Below, piece after piece: positions 52,336 through 61,728 of a DNA stretch of 64,000 nucleotides. Position 1 is the first letter of the stretch, and each line of letters begins with the position of its first letter. Source of the stretch: Saccostrea cucullata (lineage: Eukaryota); assembly GCF_032062105.1 (NCBI RefSeq), contig NW_026935471.1, positions 124,001-188,000 on the forward strand. The letters run 5' to 3'. Position numbers and translations under genes: made by a program. The notes beneath the pieces are model-generated. The model did not search any database and had not been told where the DNA came from. It saw nothing but the letters and a program-made list of their open reading frames with translations.

Positions 52336-52881
52336 TATTTTTCAATTTCATGTGATATTCCATTATTTCTCCTTATAATGTGTAATAAAAAGAAGTTGAA
52401 TTGCTTGACAAAATCTTTTCATGTCAACTCGGTGTGATTTTTTTAACTTCAAAAATAGTTTATGGACATTATTCTAGGAAAGTAAGGGAAACAAACTTAA
52501 TTACAATCCCTTGTCCCATATTCTACACATTCTCGATTTAAATCATAGCAAAACCAAGAGATCATACAAAATTCTGCAATACACACGCCGTGTATGAAAA
52601 AACCAGTACACTCAATATAATTTAAAATTAATTTTTGAATCATTTAGTTAAAATAAATTAAATTTACATGCAATAAATGTAATGATTAATAAATCAAAAA
52701 TGAATTAATGCATGAACAAAGTAAAAGATAGAATGTACTATTTCTTATATGACTCAACATCATCCATTTCAAGACAAAACTAATGATCAACTTCTTTCAT
52801 GAATTTTGCACAATATGACCTCAATGTTTGTGAGCAAAGTACAAGAAGCAAAACTCCAGAAAATATACATCTAGTGATCAT

Positions 52882-53681
52882 TTAACTTTCGTTTGAAGAC
52901 ATGAAAAACTGGGTAACATTATCAATAATTTTCTTGCACTTCGTAACTCTGACAGATTTGTTGTCACACAGCTCAGTGAATAGATTATAAATGCCATCAG
53001 GACTTCTAGAATGTGCTAATCTGAGACATTCATAGTTTAGGCCACTACCTGCCACCTTCTTTGCCATTCTGACACTCAAAACATTTTTATCAATCAAACC
53101 TTGTAAGGATGGAATGTTTCTATCTACAACCTTCTGGTAGTTATGGACACTCAAAGCATACTGAAATGTAAATGTACAAGATGAATGTTCGCCATCACAA
53201 AAATGAACAGTGTCAAATAACCTCTGCAAAGCTAAAACATCCTCTACAGCATCATGTGCATTGTAAGTACATTTTAGTAGCACTTCTGATAAATATTGCT
53301 GGCTATATGAACACAAATTTGGATGGACAAGTTTGAATAGAAATCTAGTATCTAAAAAACCTTGTACACATTTTGACATTCGATCCAATAGCGAACAAGA
53401 ATCTAGAGCTTGAAAAAGAACATGAACATCAAAACTTTTGATATTGTGGCCAACTAAAATAACATTGCCTTGCTTCTCAATAAAGCTTAAAAAAGAGCCA
53501 AGTGCATTGGAAATTGAAACAGCATTGACTCTTCTCTCATGGTGATAGAGGGTTCCATTATCCAGCTTTAGGCCGGTAATTGTGGAGGCAGAGGGTGTAA
53601 TTGGCTTCTTAGGCATTACATAGGAAGAAAATGTCTCCTTCCCACAAATGGCAGCCACCTGTAGAATGTGTGATGTTCTCG
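52882..53681 (-). CDS. Transposase-exonuclease exon 9 (ExoII, ExoIII, C-terminal helical domain)
   Basis: ARTSHILQVAA...VGHNIKSFD...GFLDT...AHDAVED...MAKKVAGSGL...SVRVTK...*; tttcag| acceptor. Confidence 0.93.
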
Positions 53682-56600
53682 CTGAAATAAAAAAAAAACA
53701 TTTATTACAAAAAAAAACTACCAAAATCTACAATAGCATTCATTATCTTTTTAATTTTTTGTACCAAAATCAGCATTGGCTTTCTTTCATATTTTATAAA
53801 TTAGATAAGACAACTTTTTTTTTAAGTTTTCCATAAAACCAATTGTACAAATTTAGTTTAGAGAAATAAAATTCATCAATACCAAGTCCTGTTGTTTCCA
53901 GGTCAAAAAAGACAAATTTTTTGTCTTTGGTTGACAAACTCTGCTGTTGTGGTTCAGATGAGGGTGGTGGAATTTCATCAACTACAACATTGGAATCAGA
54001 GATTCCAACCCCAGACTGATATGTTGGGCCCTCTCTTATCTCTTTACATACTGTAGTCTGGACTCTGCAAAGACAATACAATTTTGAAAATCTATAACTG
54101 AACAACTAGTATTTGAACCCTCAAAACAAAATTAATTTTCAAAACTTTACAAAATGAGCAAAGTTAAAATATTTGAGTATGCATGAAATGCACAACCAAT
54201 TTTGTTTTGTCAACATTTAATAATATCGTTATGAATACCTTACAAAATTAAGACAAAGCTCCAGGTATATGACAAACAGCGGAGTCCAACACAATCAAAC
54301 CCCACAAAGAGGTTGGAGGTGGAGTACGTAATTCTGTACACAGGGTTATTTTTTGCTGTTTTGCACTTGCAAATAATTTTGCTCCATTTTCCATTCAACC
54401 AGTCATAGTTCTGTTTTAGAAATTATGCTGTGTAATTTGAAATCACCCCGTTTTAAATTCGGCCAATGAAGAAGAGGGCGAAAGGGGTGAAAATTCAATG
54501 AGCCAAAATTTCCCTGTATACATAACTTATAATAGCTTTTGATTTAAAAACTTACTTCTTGGCTTTCAACTGCATTCTTTTCCTTTTTGCAGTCTTTGTT
54601 CTGGCAATGGCTTTTCTTTTTCTTGATTGAGAATCCCGCAAGTAACAGAATTTTCTTGTGTGTCTTCCTGGGGAGAGACCAACTCCTCTGTTCACCTATT
54701 AAAATTATCAACATGTTATAATGCCAAAGCTCAATAAATTTACTAGTATATCACTGATTCACTTGTGACCTTAATCTTTAATACTGTAGACATAATTTTT
54801 TCCATGGGGTCATAATTCTGCGAAATCTCAATTTTCGCAGGTAAAAAATTATGTCGTTTTTCTAGATTTTCACTATATTTCTTATATTCATATTAAGTAC
54901 GCTTGGACAAATTTCTGTTTAAAGAGCAAGAGCCATGTTGGGCCTTATTTGGCCCTGAGGATTTCTGAAAAATCGAAACCTCTCAGTTTAGGTTGCAAGT
55001 GTAGTATTTATTACTTGGAATGTTGGTGATCATGTGTCTATTAATCGTGACGTAATTTTTCATCTAGTCAATTGATTATGACGTCATCAAATGCGTCATT
55101 TTCCTCATATTGTGTAAATTCCTTTAAAAATGGCCTAAAATTGAGGAATTTTTTCAATATTTCATATAGAGCACAACCTCTGATCCAAAATATGCAAATA
55201 CATAATGAAAGCTCTGTTTCTGAAGATCAAATAACATGTTTTATTTTTTGGATCGTGGGCTGTGCTCATATTTAAATTCTTTGCTGAAGGTAGTCAAATA
55301 CGCATATTTTCTGCAAATTTCAAGAACATTGCAATTTCTCAAAGCCTGTTTTCAAATATTTGGATTCTCAAAACGAAATTCCATTATACAACATGAAAGC
55401 ACCAAGTGTCTACTTTATTTTGACATATAAAATGGGAAAGAGGGTGATAGTTAATTATTTGATATAAGTACAGGGCCATTTATGCATAACTTGGCTCTAC
55501 CTCTTTGTGACGGCAATCATAGTGTACATTAAAACCACGCTGAAAAAAGTACTTCTACAGAATATGAATTGTTATTTGTCATCATCAGACAACTGCATAA
55601 CTATAATTATGACTTACCTCAATCAGATATTTCTGCCCTGCATTTTTCTCTGCAACACTTGCTGCAACTCTGTAACTGAGACTTGCAGATCCACCAAAGT
55701 GATGATTCTTGGGAGCTTTTAGGGAGACAGCTTTGTTGAACGCTTCATTTGCTTGTGTACTTCCTAATCTTGAAAGTTTGGAAGTGTCCTTCAGCAGCTT
55801 GGAGCAGATGAGTTGAATGGACTCTTGAAGATGGCTGTCCTTGAGTGGTTTTCCATATGGCAAAGCAGAATATTTCTGTTTCGGATTGCTGATATGGGAA
55901 CACCAAGATTCATTGCAAGCGCTGTGATCACCAAAAGGGTGCCTGCTTAATGCTTCCAACCCTCTCTGTACCCCCTCTGTATTTCCTTGGTTTTGTGACA
56001 TGTAGTTAAAACATTTTACAAAGTACCGAATAACTTTAGTACTCAGTGATCTGTGTTTTGGTTGCAAACCATACAAATTTGAAGTGAAAATTTTCCTTAT
56101 ATGGTTTTTATCACTAATCTTTGTAATGTTTGAGTGGACATTTCTCAAATGACAAAAGGTAGTGGTGTCCTCATCTGCAACCACATTCGTTATGTTCACC
56201 CCTTCTTCCACTTTTCTGGAGACCATTTTAGCCACCATATCCTTTTCCATTGCTTTAGAGCTTCCTATATAGAAATGTTAAAGCTAAATTGAGATGTATA
56301 AAAATGATCACATTTCAAAATTAAAATGTATGAGACTGATTGTTGACAGCTTAAGATATCATATCTAAAAATTTAAGTTATATCTGGTGGTTAATTAAAT
56401 GAATTTCCTTTATTTTTTCTAACAAATATAGTGTGAAAACCTAACTTTGCTCAATAACTTTTCATTTTTATTTACTTTTACTTATAATATATATCCTATA
56501 TTCTAGGATGCTGTTGTTTTACAATATTTTTTTTAGGTTATTTAAGTGTGATGGCATGTTGCCTGTTGGTGTTATTTAAAGTTGTGCTCATTTGATTTGT

Positions 56601-57916
56601 TGTTTGTTTGTAAGTGCAAAAGCCTGCTTTTCTTAAATCACTGGTGAGCTTTTGTATCTAAAGGGCCTATCTGGACACCATACTCATGGGTTGTATTGAT
56701 TGTCATGTCTCGCACAAAATTAATTTGCTTGCTAAATGTTTTTCTCAAGTGCTTTCAAGCAGTTTAAAGTACATGCATTTGCATAACAAGTTTTTAGTTA
56801 AGGTGAGAATAGAGGGAAAGGGATAAGTGGGCCATTTCTCTTTCTGAGAGAATAACATACCTTCCCAGTTTTTTCGGCAGTCATGATCTTTGGGGTCATT
56901 TCCATTTCTTGTGGCACTCTCACAAATTTTGCAACATTTTGTTCTAATTTCATAGTCAATGACTTTGCCTGTCTGGGATCCAATCATGGAGCAATGACCT
57001 AAAAATATGTTTCAAATAAAAAGTTATGCAGATTCAGTTATCAAAGGAATAAATCTGTTATATTCATATATGTTAAGAAATATATTTATTCAAAAATATA
57101 TTATAAAACATTTGGATTTTTACTTTGTTACACATTCAACTCCTATTAAAAGAAAAAAGTTGTGTTTGTGAAACACTATGTGCCCAGTGGCAACAAAGTT
57201 CCAAAAAACTATTTTTAGCATACAGGTCATAAGTCAAGGAAACAAGGTTATTGGCCTTGATGTCATTTGAAAGAGCTTAATTAGTGAGGTATGCATACCA
57301 AATATGAAATCTCGATCTCCTATGGTTCAAGTTATGGCAAAAGTTTGAAAAAGCTTATTGCCCAGTCAAGGTCACATCAATGACCTAGGTGTCGTTTGAA
57401 AGAGCGTAATTACATGAAGTGGAGTATGCATACCAAATGTGAAAGTTATGGCGAAGGTTTAAGTTTACAACAGACAGACAAAAACAGACGTACAGGACAA
57501 GAGGCCCAGGGGCCACATCGCTCACCTGAGCAATTGGCTTGGAAAAAGCACATATCAGATCAGAACTGAAAGTTTACTAGGGTGGGGGGGGGGGAGGGGG
57601 CTTGAAAATTAACCCCCCAGGGGGTCATGATTTGAACAAACTAGAATCTACACTACCTGAGGATGATTCCCTATAAATATAACTAAGCATGGCTTTGAAG
57701 TACTTGAAAAGAAGATTTTAAAAGGTTTCCCATTATATTCCTATGTAAAACTTTTATCGGTCATTTGGCCCCACCCTACCCCTGGGGGTCATGATTTAAA
57801 CAAATTTGAATCTACACCATCGAAGGATGATTCCACATGAGTTTCATTTTTCCTAGCCTAGTGGTTCTTGAGAAGAAGATTTTTTAAAAATGCCATTATT
57901 TTTTCTCTATTTCATG

Positions 57917-57959
<43 letters not shown>

Positions 57960-58026
57960 GTTGAATCCTCTTTACCCCAGGATACTTTGTAGCAAGTTTG
58001 GTTAAAATTGGCCCGGTGGTTCTTGT

Positions 58027-58060
<34 letters not shown>

Positions 58061-61000
58061 GACGACGACAACAACAATGTCAGACGACGGACAAATTTTG
58101 ATAAGAAAAGCTCACTTGAGCCTTTGGCTCAGGTGAGCTAAAAACAGTATACGCCCCTGATCTATCAATCTAGGCATAAATGCACAAAAAAAATGCACAA
58201 CATACCAGAGAGGCTGTCAAAGGATCGCCCACTGCCTCGTTTCTGCCAACCTGCGTCGACACTGACCGTTAGCTCGTCTGTACCTTCACACCTTAAAAAT
58301 CATAAGGAAGCTATCAGAAACATGAAGCGAGTTTTTTTTTCCAACTTGATTGAGGTTAATCCCTTTAAATCTATACTTTTTAAATGTGAAAATTATGATT
58401 TACTTCTTAAATGTAAAATGCAAAAGATGCATATATATGTACTATATGAGTCTCAGAATAGAAATACAGTAAAACTTGGTTATAGCAAAGTCCTGGAGAC
58501 CTATGAATATATCCATTATTGGTTATGTCAGTATAAAAAACTTACATGAATGTAAAAAAAAAAATTGACAATTAATTTACACATTTTCCTTTGGGTATTT
58601 TTACTGAATATGTAAGGAAATAATTGTTACAAAACATTCTATTGATATGTTTTCATTATGAATTGCCGAAAATAAATTCAGTTCAATATATCTGTAAATT
58701 TGTTACATTAGAGTTCCTTATAACCACATATAATTTTATTTTAAAAATGTGAAGAATTTTTGCTGGGAACACAAAAAACTTCACTTTATCCGTGAATTCA
58801 CTATAAATATTCCTACTAAGTGAGTTCTTTTCTGTATGTACATACTCTATGGTTGCCTGAATTTCATCGTCAAGGCTGCGTCTGGTGCTTTCCTCTGCAA
58901 TTTTCTCCATCACTGTTCCTGTTTCATTTTGTCTGTTCTGCAGAGTTCGGGAACTGATAGGGGGGATATTCAATGATGTTAGGAAGGTATTCACTTGAGA
59001 TGGCCCCATACCTGTATGCACCATTCCTAAAAATATATAATTCAGATGCATTTATGAAAAATAAAACAAATTTATGACAGGATATTAATCTGGTTCATAA
59101 TATACATGTTCTGTAATTGAAAAATTAATACAAAATATGTACCTGTGGCAAGCTTGGTATTTGCATCCCATATTTTTCCATGTCGCTTTCCAGTGGCTAT
59201 TTTATTTACATGATGGCACGCTGTATTCTGGCACTGGACTTTCAGGAATGAACCCAAGCCACAAGTTAGTATCCCCAAGGTATGTGAAAGATGGAGAGGT
59301 ATGCCACAAACTCCACAACCCGAGAGCCCATCTGCCAATACCCCAAGTTCCACCACCCTTCTCCCTTCTCTCCATGCAGTGTCATATCTTAATTAAGCAA
59401 AATAAGTGTTATTTGGATTAACTTTAAAGTTCATTGCAGTTTTTTTCCTATGAACAGGCAACTGGTCAAATTGACAGCTTCAATTGACAAAAATGTTGCT
59501 TTGAAATAACAATCTGTTGTAAGGTCCACAGCGATTTTGTTCATAAACCTCATAACCTAGACTTTTACAAATGATCTCTTACCCTTTACTTTGAAATACT
59601 CGTAAAAAGAAAACAATGTGAATGATCACTTATACATTGTAACAATTGTGCATTGATCATGCAATAAAATTGACCAGCCCACAGACTACTTCTACCTATT
59701 AATAGCTACGTAGATATTTAAACCTACACAAAGTAGTTATTTTTACCTACTTTCTGTTTTACTTGCATTTTGTGGCCAAATGCATGAATGGCACAACATG
59801 GTCAGCACTGAATTTCCTGATACACTAACAGACACACTGATGATGGACAAGACAAAAATTTGACCAAAAATGATTACTTTGTACAGTTAATTCTCGATAA
59901 ACCGCCACCTTTTGTAATTTAGAAATCATGGCGGTATAACGAATTTGGCGATGATTTGAATTTCCCATCTTTTAGGAAACAAGAAATAGAGTTACCGTTC
60001 TTAGAAATACCATAAAACGTTTCTATTCTTATAATTACATGTACATGTATATAAAACATATTTCTAAATTTTTTAAAATACTTCAAGTAATTCTTTATGT
60101 ACAACTTTTTAAAAACAAAATATGCAGTTATGAAATAAAGACAAGTACATGTGCATCTATGTACATGTAAATCGGCACGTCTGATATTGAAAGAAAAAAC
60201 TTGTTGATCTTCGTGATATTTTGCTGACAGTACGTAAAATGGTTTCTTGAATAAATTTATTGTTTATATTTATTGTTAGTGAAACGTTCACAATTCATAC
60301 CGTTTATTAATTTTTAAGCAAACTTTGCATTGTTTAAAGCAGAGATCATCAAAATAATATCGTATTAGGCGTACTTTCACAACTACCGCTTTCGTGGCGA
60401 AGCCGTGATAAAATAATTTTTTAACAAAACAACAGAACAAAATCATTGTAACAGTTCATGTTAAAATTATTTGTTCATTTAATTCTAATTTAATTATTTA
60501 ATTGCGTGTACCTTGTCTGGCTTTGCATGCTTTACAACAGGGATAGCGTCAACCAATTAGCCGCGCTTCACTGACCGCACGCACCTGTGGCGGTATATCG
60601 AGATAATTGACACTTAAAATGGACGTTTGTTTTGAAAACAGGGTGGCGGATGGCGGTATGCGAATTTGGCGTTATAAAGAGAATTTTATATAGCAGGAAA
60701 AACGTTCTTGGGAAATCATGGCGGTATTGCGAAAATGGCGATGAATCGAATGGCGATAATTCGAGAATTGACTGTATATGATCAATTTTGCATAGAAACT
60801 AAGGTAAAATTTCCGATTCAGAAAGTAATCAATTTTTGGTCAAAATTTTGTCTTATTCATCATTAGTGTGACTGTATCAAAAATGATGGTATTAATTAAT
60901 ATATATAAAACATGTTGCGTCGTTCAGTCATTTCACCACAAAATATAGATAATACCAAAAGTAGGTAAAAATTGTTACTTTGGGTAGGTTTAAATACCTA

Positions 61001-61440
61001 CGTAGCTATTGATAGCATAGGTTACATGTTACTGACATTGTACGTCGGATTAGCAGCTGATGGACTTGGTTATATTCCTCGATCTCTTTATAAATCAGTG
61101 TTTATTATTTCATGTACAGTAGGCAACGATAATTCGTTACGAAAGATTTACGCATATTTAAAACTACAGAATATTATCATTAAGAGATTCTATATAGTCT
61201 TCATCTTTACCTGGAATTTTCTGGGTCGTTGAAGGAGACGGAGACGTCTCTACCTGCCGGTTCTGGTACGTAATTGTCATCATGATGATCTTCTCCAGTC
61301 TCATCCCCCACAGCTCGACTCACATCGTAATCATGATCTAAATTAATCTTATTTTCTGCCCAACGGTTTTTCAGAATCTGAGAATTCTTCCTGTACTGTG
61401 ACGTTTTCTTGGAAAAGCCTTGCTTTTTCCAGTGTGCCAT
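52882..61440 (-). CDS. 9-exon, 882-aa DDE transposase fused to a DEDDh 3'-5' exonuclease (PML/Exuperantia-like C-terminus)
   Basis: Exons 61440-61211, 59387-59143, 59026-58846, 58291-58206, 56998-56861, 56264-55618, 54695-54556, 54064-53883, 53681-52882. All introns GT-AG and phase-compatible; total 2649 nt with no internal stop. Motifs: WREGRRVVELG, CxxC, VSVD231AGWQKRG, VAD324ED, DKNH, TQANE467AFN, EGPTYQSG; D610LE612TTG, GHNIKSFD701, AH759DAVED764. Confidence 0.9.
53883..54064 (-). CDS. Transposase-exonuclease exon 8 (linker and ExoI)
   Basis: VQTTVCKEIREGPTYQSG...FVFFDLETTGL; ttgcag|...CTTG|gtattg. Confidence 0.9.
54335..54522. mobile_element. Small degenerate MITE in intron 7
   Basis: Imperfect inverted ends tgtacacaggg / ccctgtataca. 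Confidence 0.45.
54556..54695 (-). CDS. Transposase-exonuclease exon 7 (basic, NLS-like)
   Basis: VNRGVGLSPGRHTRKFCYLRDSQSRKRKAIARTKTAKRKRMQLKAK; aatag|...AA|gtaagt. Confidence 0.88.
54923..55504. mobile_element. Foldback MITE in intron 6 (Kolobok-like ends)
   Basis: ttaa|agagcaagagccatgtt...tggccctg vs cagggcca...aacttggctctacctct; internal inverted pair gagcacaacctctgatccaaaa / ttttggatcgtgggctgtgctc. Confidence 0.7.
55618..56264 (-). CDS. Transposase-exonuclease exon 6 (second Asp, DxxH, catalytic Glu)
   Basis: GSSKAMEKD...VVADEDTT...DKNHIRK...HPFGDHSACNESWC...STQANEAFN...APK; GAG|gtaagt. Confidence 0.93.
56861..56998 (-). CDS. Transposase-exonuclease exon 5
   Basis: GHCSMIGSQTGKVIDYEIRTKCCKIC...HDCRKNWE; ttttag|...GAAG|gtatgt. 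Confidence 0.92.
57158..58180 (-). mobile_element. HINE family B-like element in intron 4, split by a family A HINE
   Basis: Its ends (tgtgtttgtgaaacact...ggcaaca; cagacagaca; gcccc...ggcataaa) are reverse-complement homologs of the ends of 27312-28262. Confidence 0.7.
57497..58144 (-). mobile_element. HINE family A (Cg170-like monomers), nested in intron 4
   Basis: Reverse complement of 31497-32473, including the distinctive 3' segment, but ~330 bp (two monomers) shorter. Confidence 0.9.
58206..58291 (-). CDS. Transposase-exonuclease exon 4 (first catalytic Asp)
   Basis: CEGTDELTVSVDAGWQKRGSGRSFDSLS; not in the ORF track; tttaag|...CTG|gtatg. Confidence 0.92.
58846..59026 (-). CDS. Transposase-exonuclease exon 3
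   Basis: GMVHTGMGPSQVNTFLTSLNIPPISSRTLQNRQNE...; ttttag|...GA|gtatgt. Confidence 0.9.
59143..59387 (-). CDS. Transposase-exonuclease exon 2 (Zn-binding CxxC...C...C region)
   Basis: RYDTAWREGRRVVELGVLADGLSGCGVCGIPLHL...CQNTAC...WDANTKLAT; taag|...ACAG|gtacat. Confidence 0.9.
59696..61015. mobile_element. Foldback element in intron 1 (~190-bp inverted arms), interrupted centrally
   Basis: ctattaatagctacgtagatatttaaacctac ... gaccaaaaatgattacttt vs aaagtaatcaatttttggtc ... gtaggtttaaatacctacgtagctattgatag. Confidence 0.8.
59884..60774. mobile_element. Tc1/mariner (pogo/Tigger-like) MITE nested in the intron-1 foldback element
   Basis: TA|CAGTTAATTCTCGA ... TCGAGAATTGACTG|TA (13/14 TIR match, TA TSD); repeated tggcg(g/a)t subterminal motifs. 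Confidence 0.85.
61211..61440 (-). CDS. Transposase-exonuclease exon 1
   Basis: MAHWKKQGFSKK...DHDY...DPENS; donor CAG|GTAAAG; phase 2 matches exon 2. In-frame ATGs further upstream (to 61470) are alternative starts. Confidence 0.7.
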
Positions 61441-61728
61441 AGTCATACATGTCAGTGCAGTCTCATGCATTGACAGACGATTGTTTACATTTTACCGCGC
61501 TGATACGGCATATGTCGTAAACAGTATATTTTCGATGGATTGTAAATATTAGAGTAACATAGACATAAATGTTGGTTATTTATGTAATGTTTTACTCTAA
61601 ACTATAGTTTTAAATACAAAACTATTCATTTACACATTTTGTTAATTTTACGACATTTTTAAGTATGGCGACCCGTTGTTGTTAAAATATCGTGAGTAAA
61701 CAAGTACCTTAAGCAAAGTATAAATTAA

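Larger units (their letters stand above)
50831..61708 (-). mobile_element. Autonomous-looking Kolobok-type DNA transposon (10,878 bp)
   Basis: TTAA(50827-50830)|GGTACTTGTTTACTCA (50831-50846) ... TGAGTAAACAAGTACC (61693-61708)|TTAA(61709-61712): perfect 16-bp TIRs with 5'-RR start and a TTAA TSD (Kolobok signature), enclosing an intact spliced DDE transposase gene. Confidence 0.92.

Noticed and set aside
58193-58549. 118-aa plus-strand ORF (and 59137-59421 +)
   Set aside because: Antisense shadows of transposase exons 4 and 2.
50831-61708. Classification as MULE, piggyBac, or a Kolobok with long terminal direct repeats
   Set aside because: No ~9-bp TSD or long TIRs (MULE); TIRs begin GG rather than CC/YY and the transposase motifs are not piggyBac-like; the two ends share only the 16-bp TIR, with no long direct repeat.
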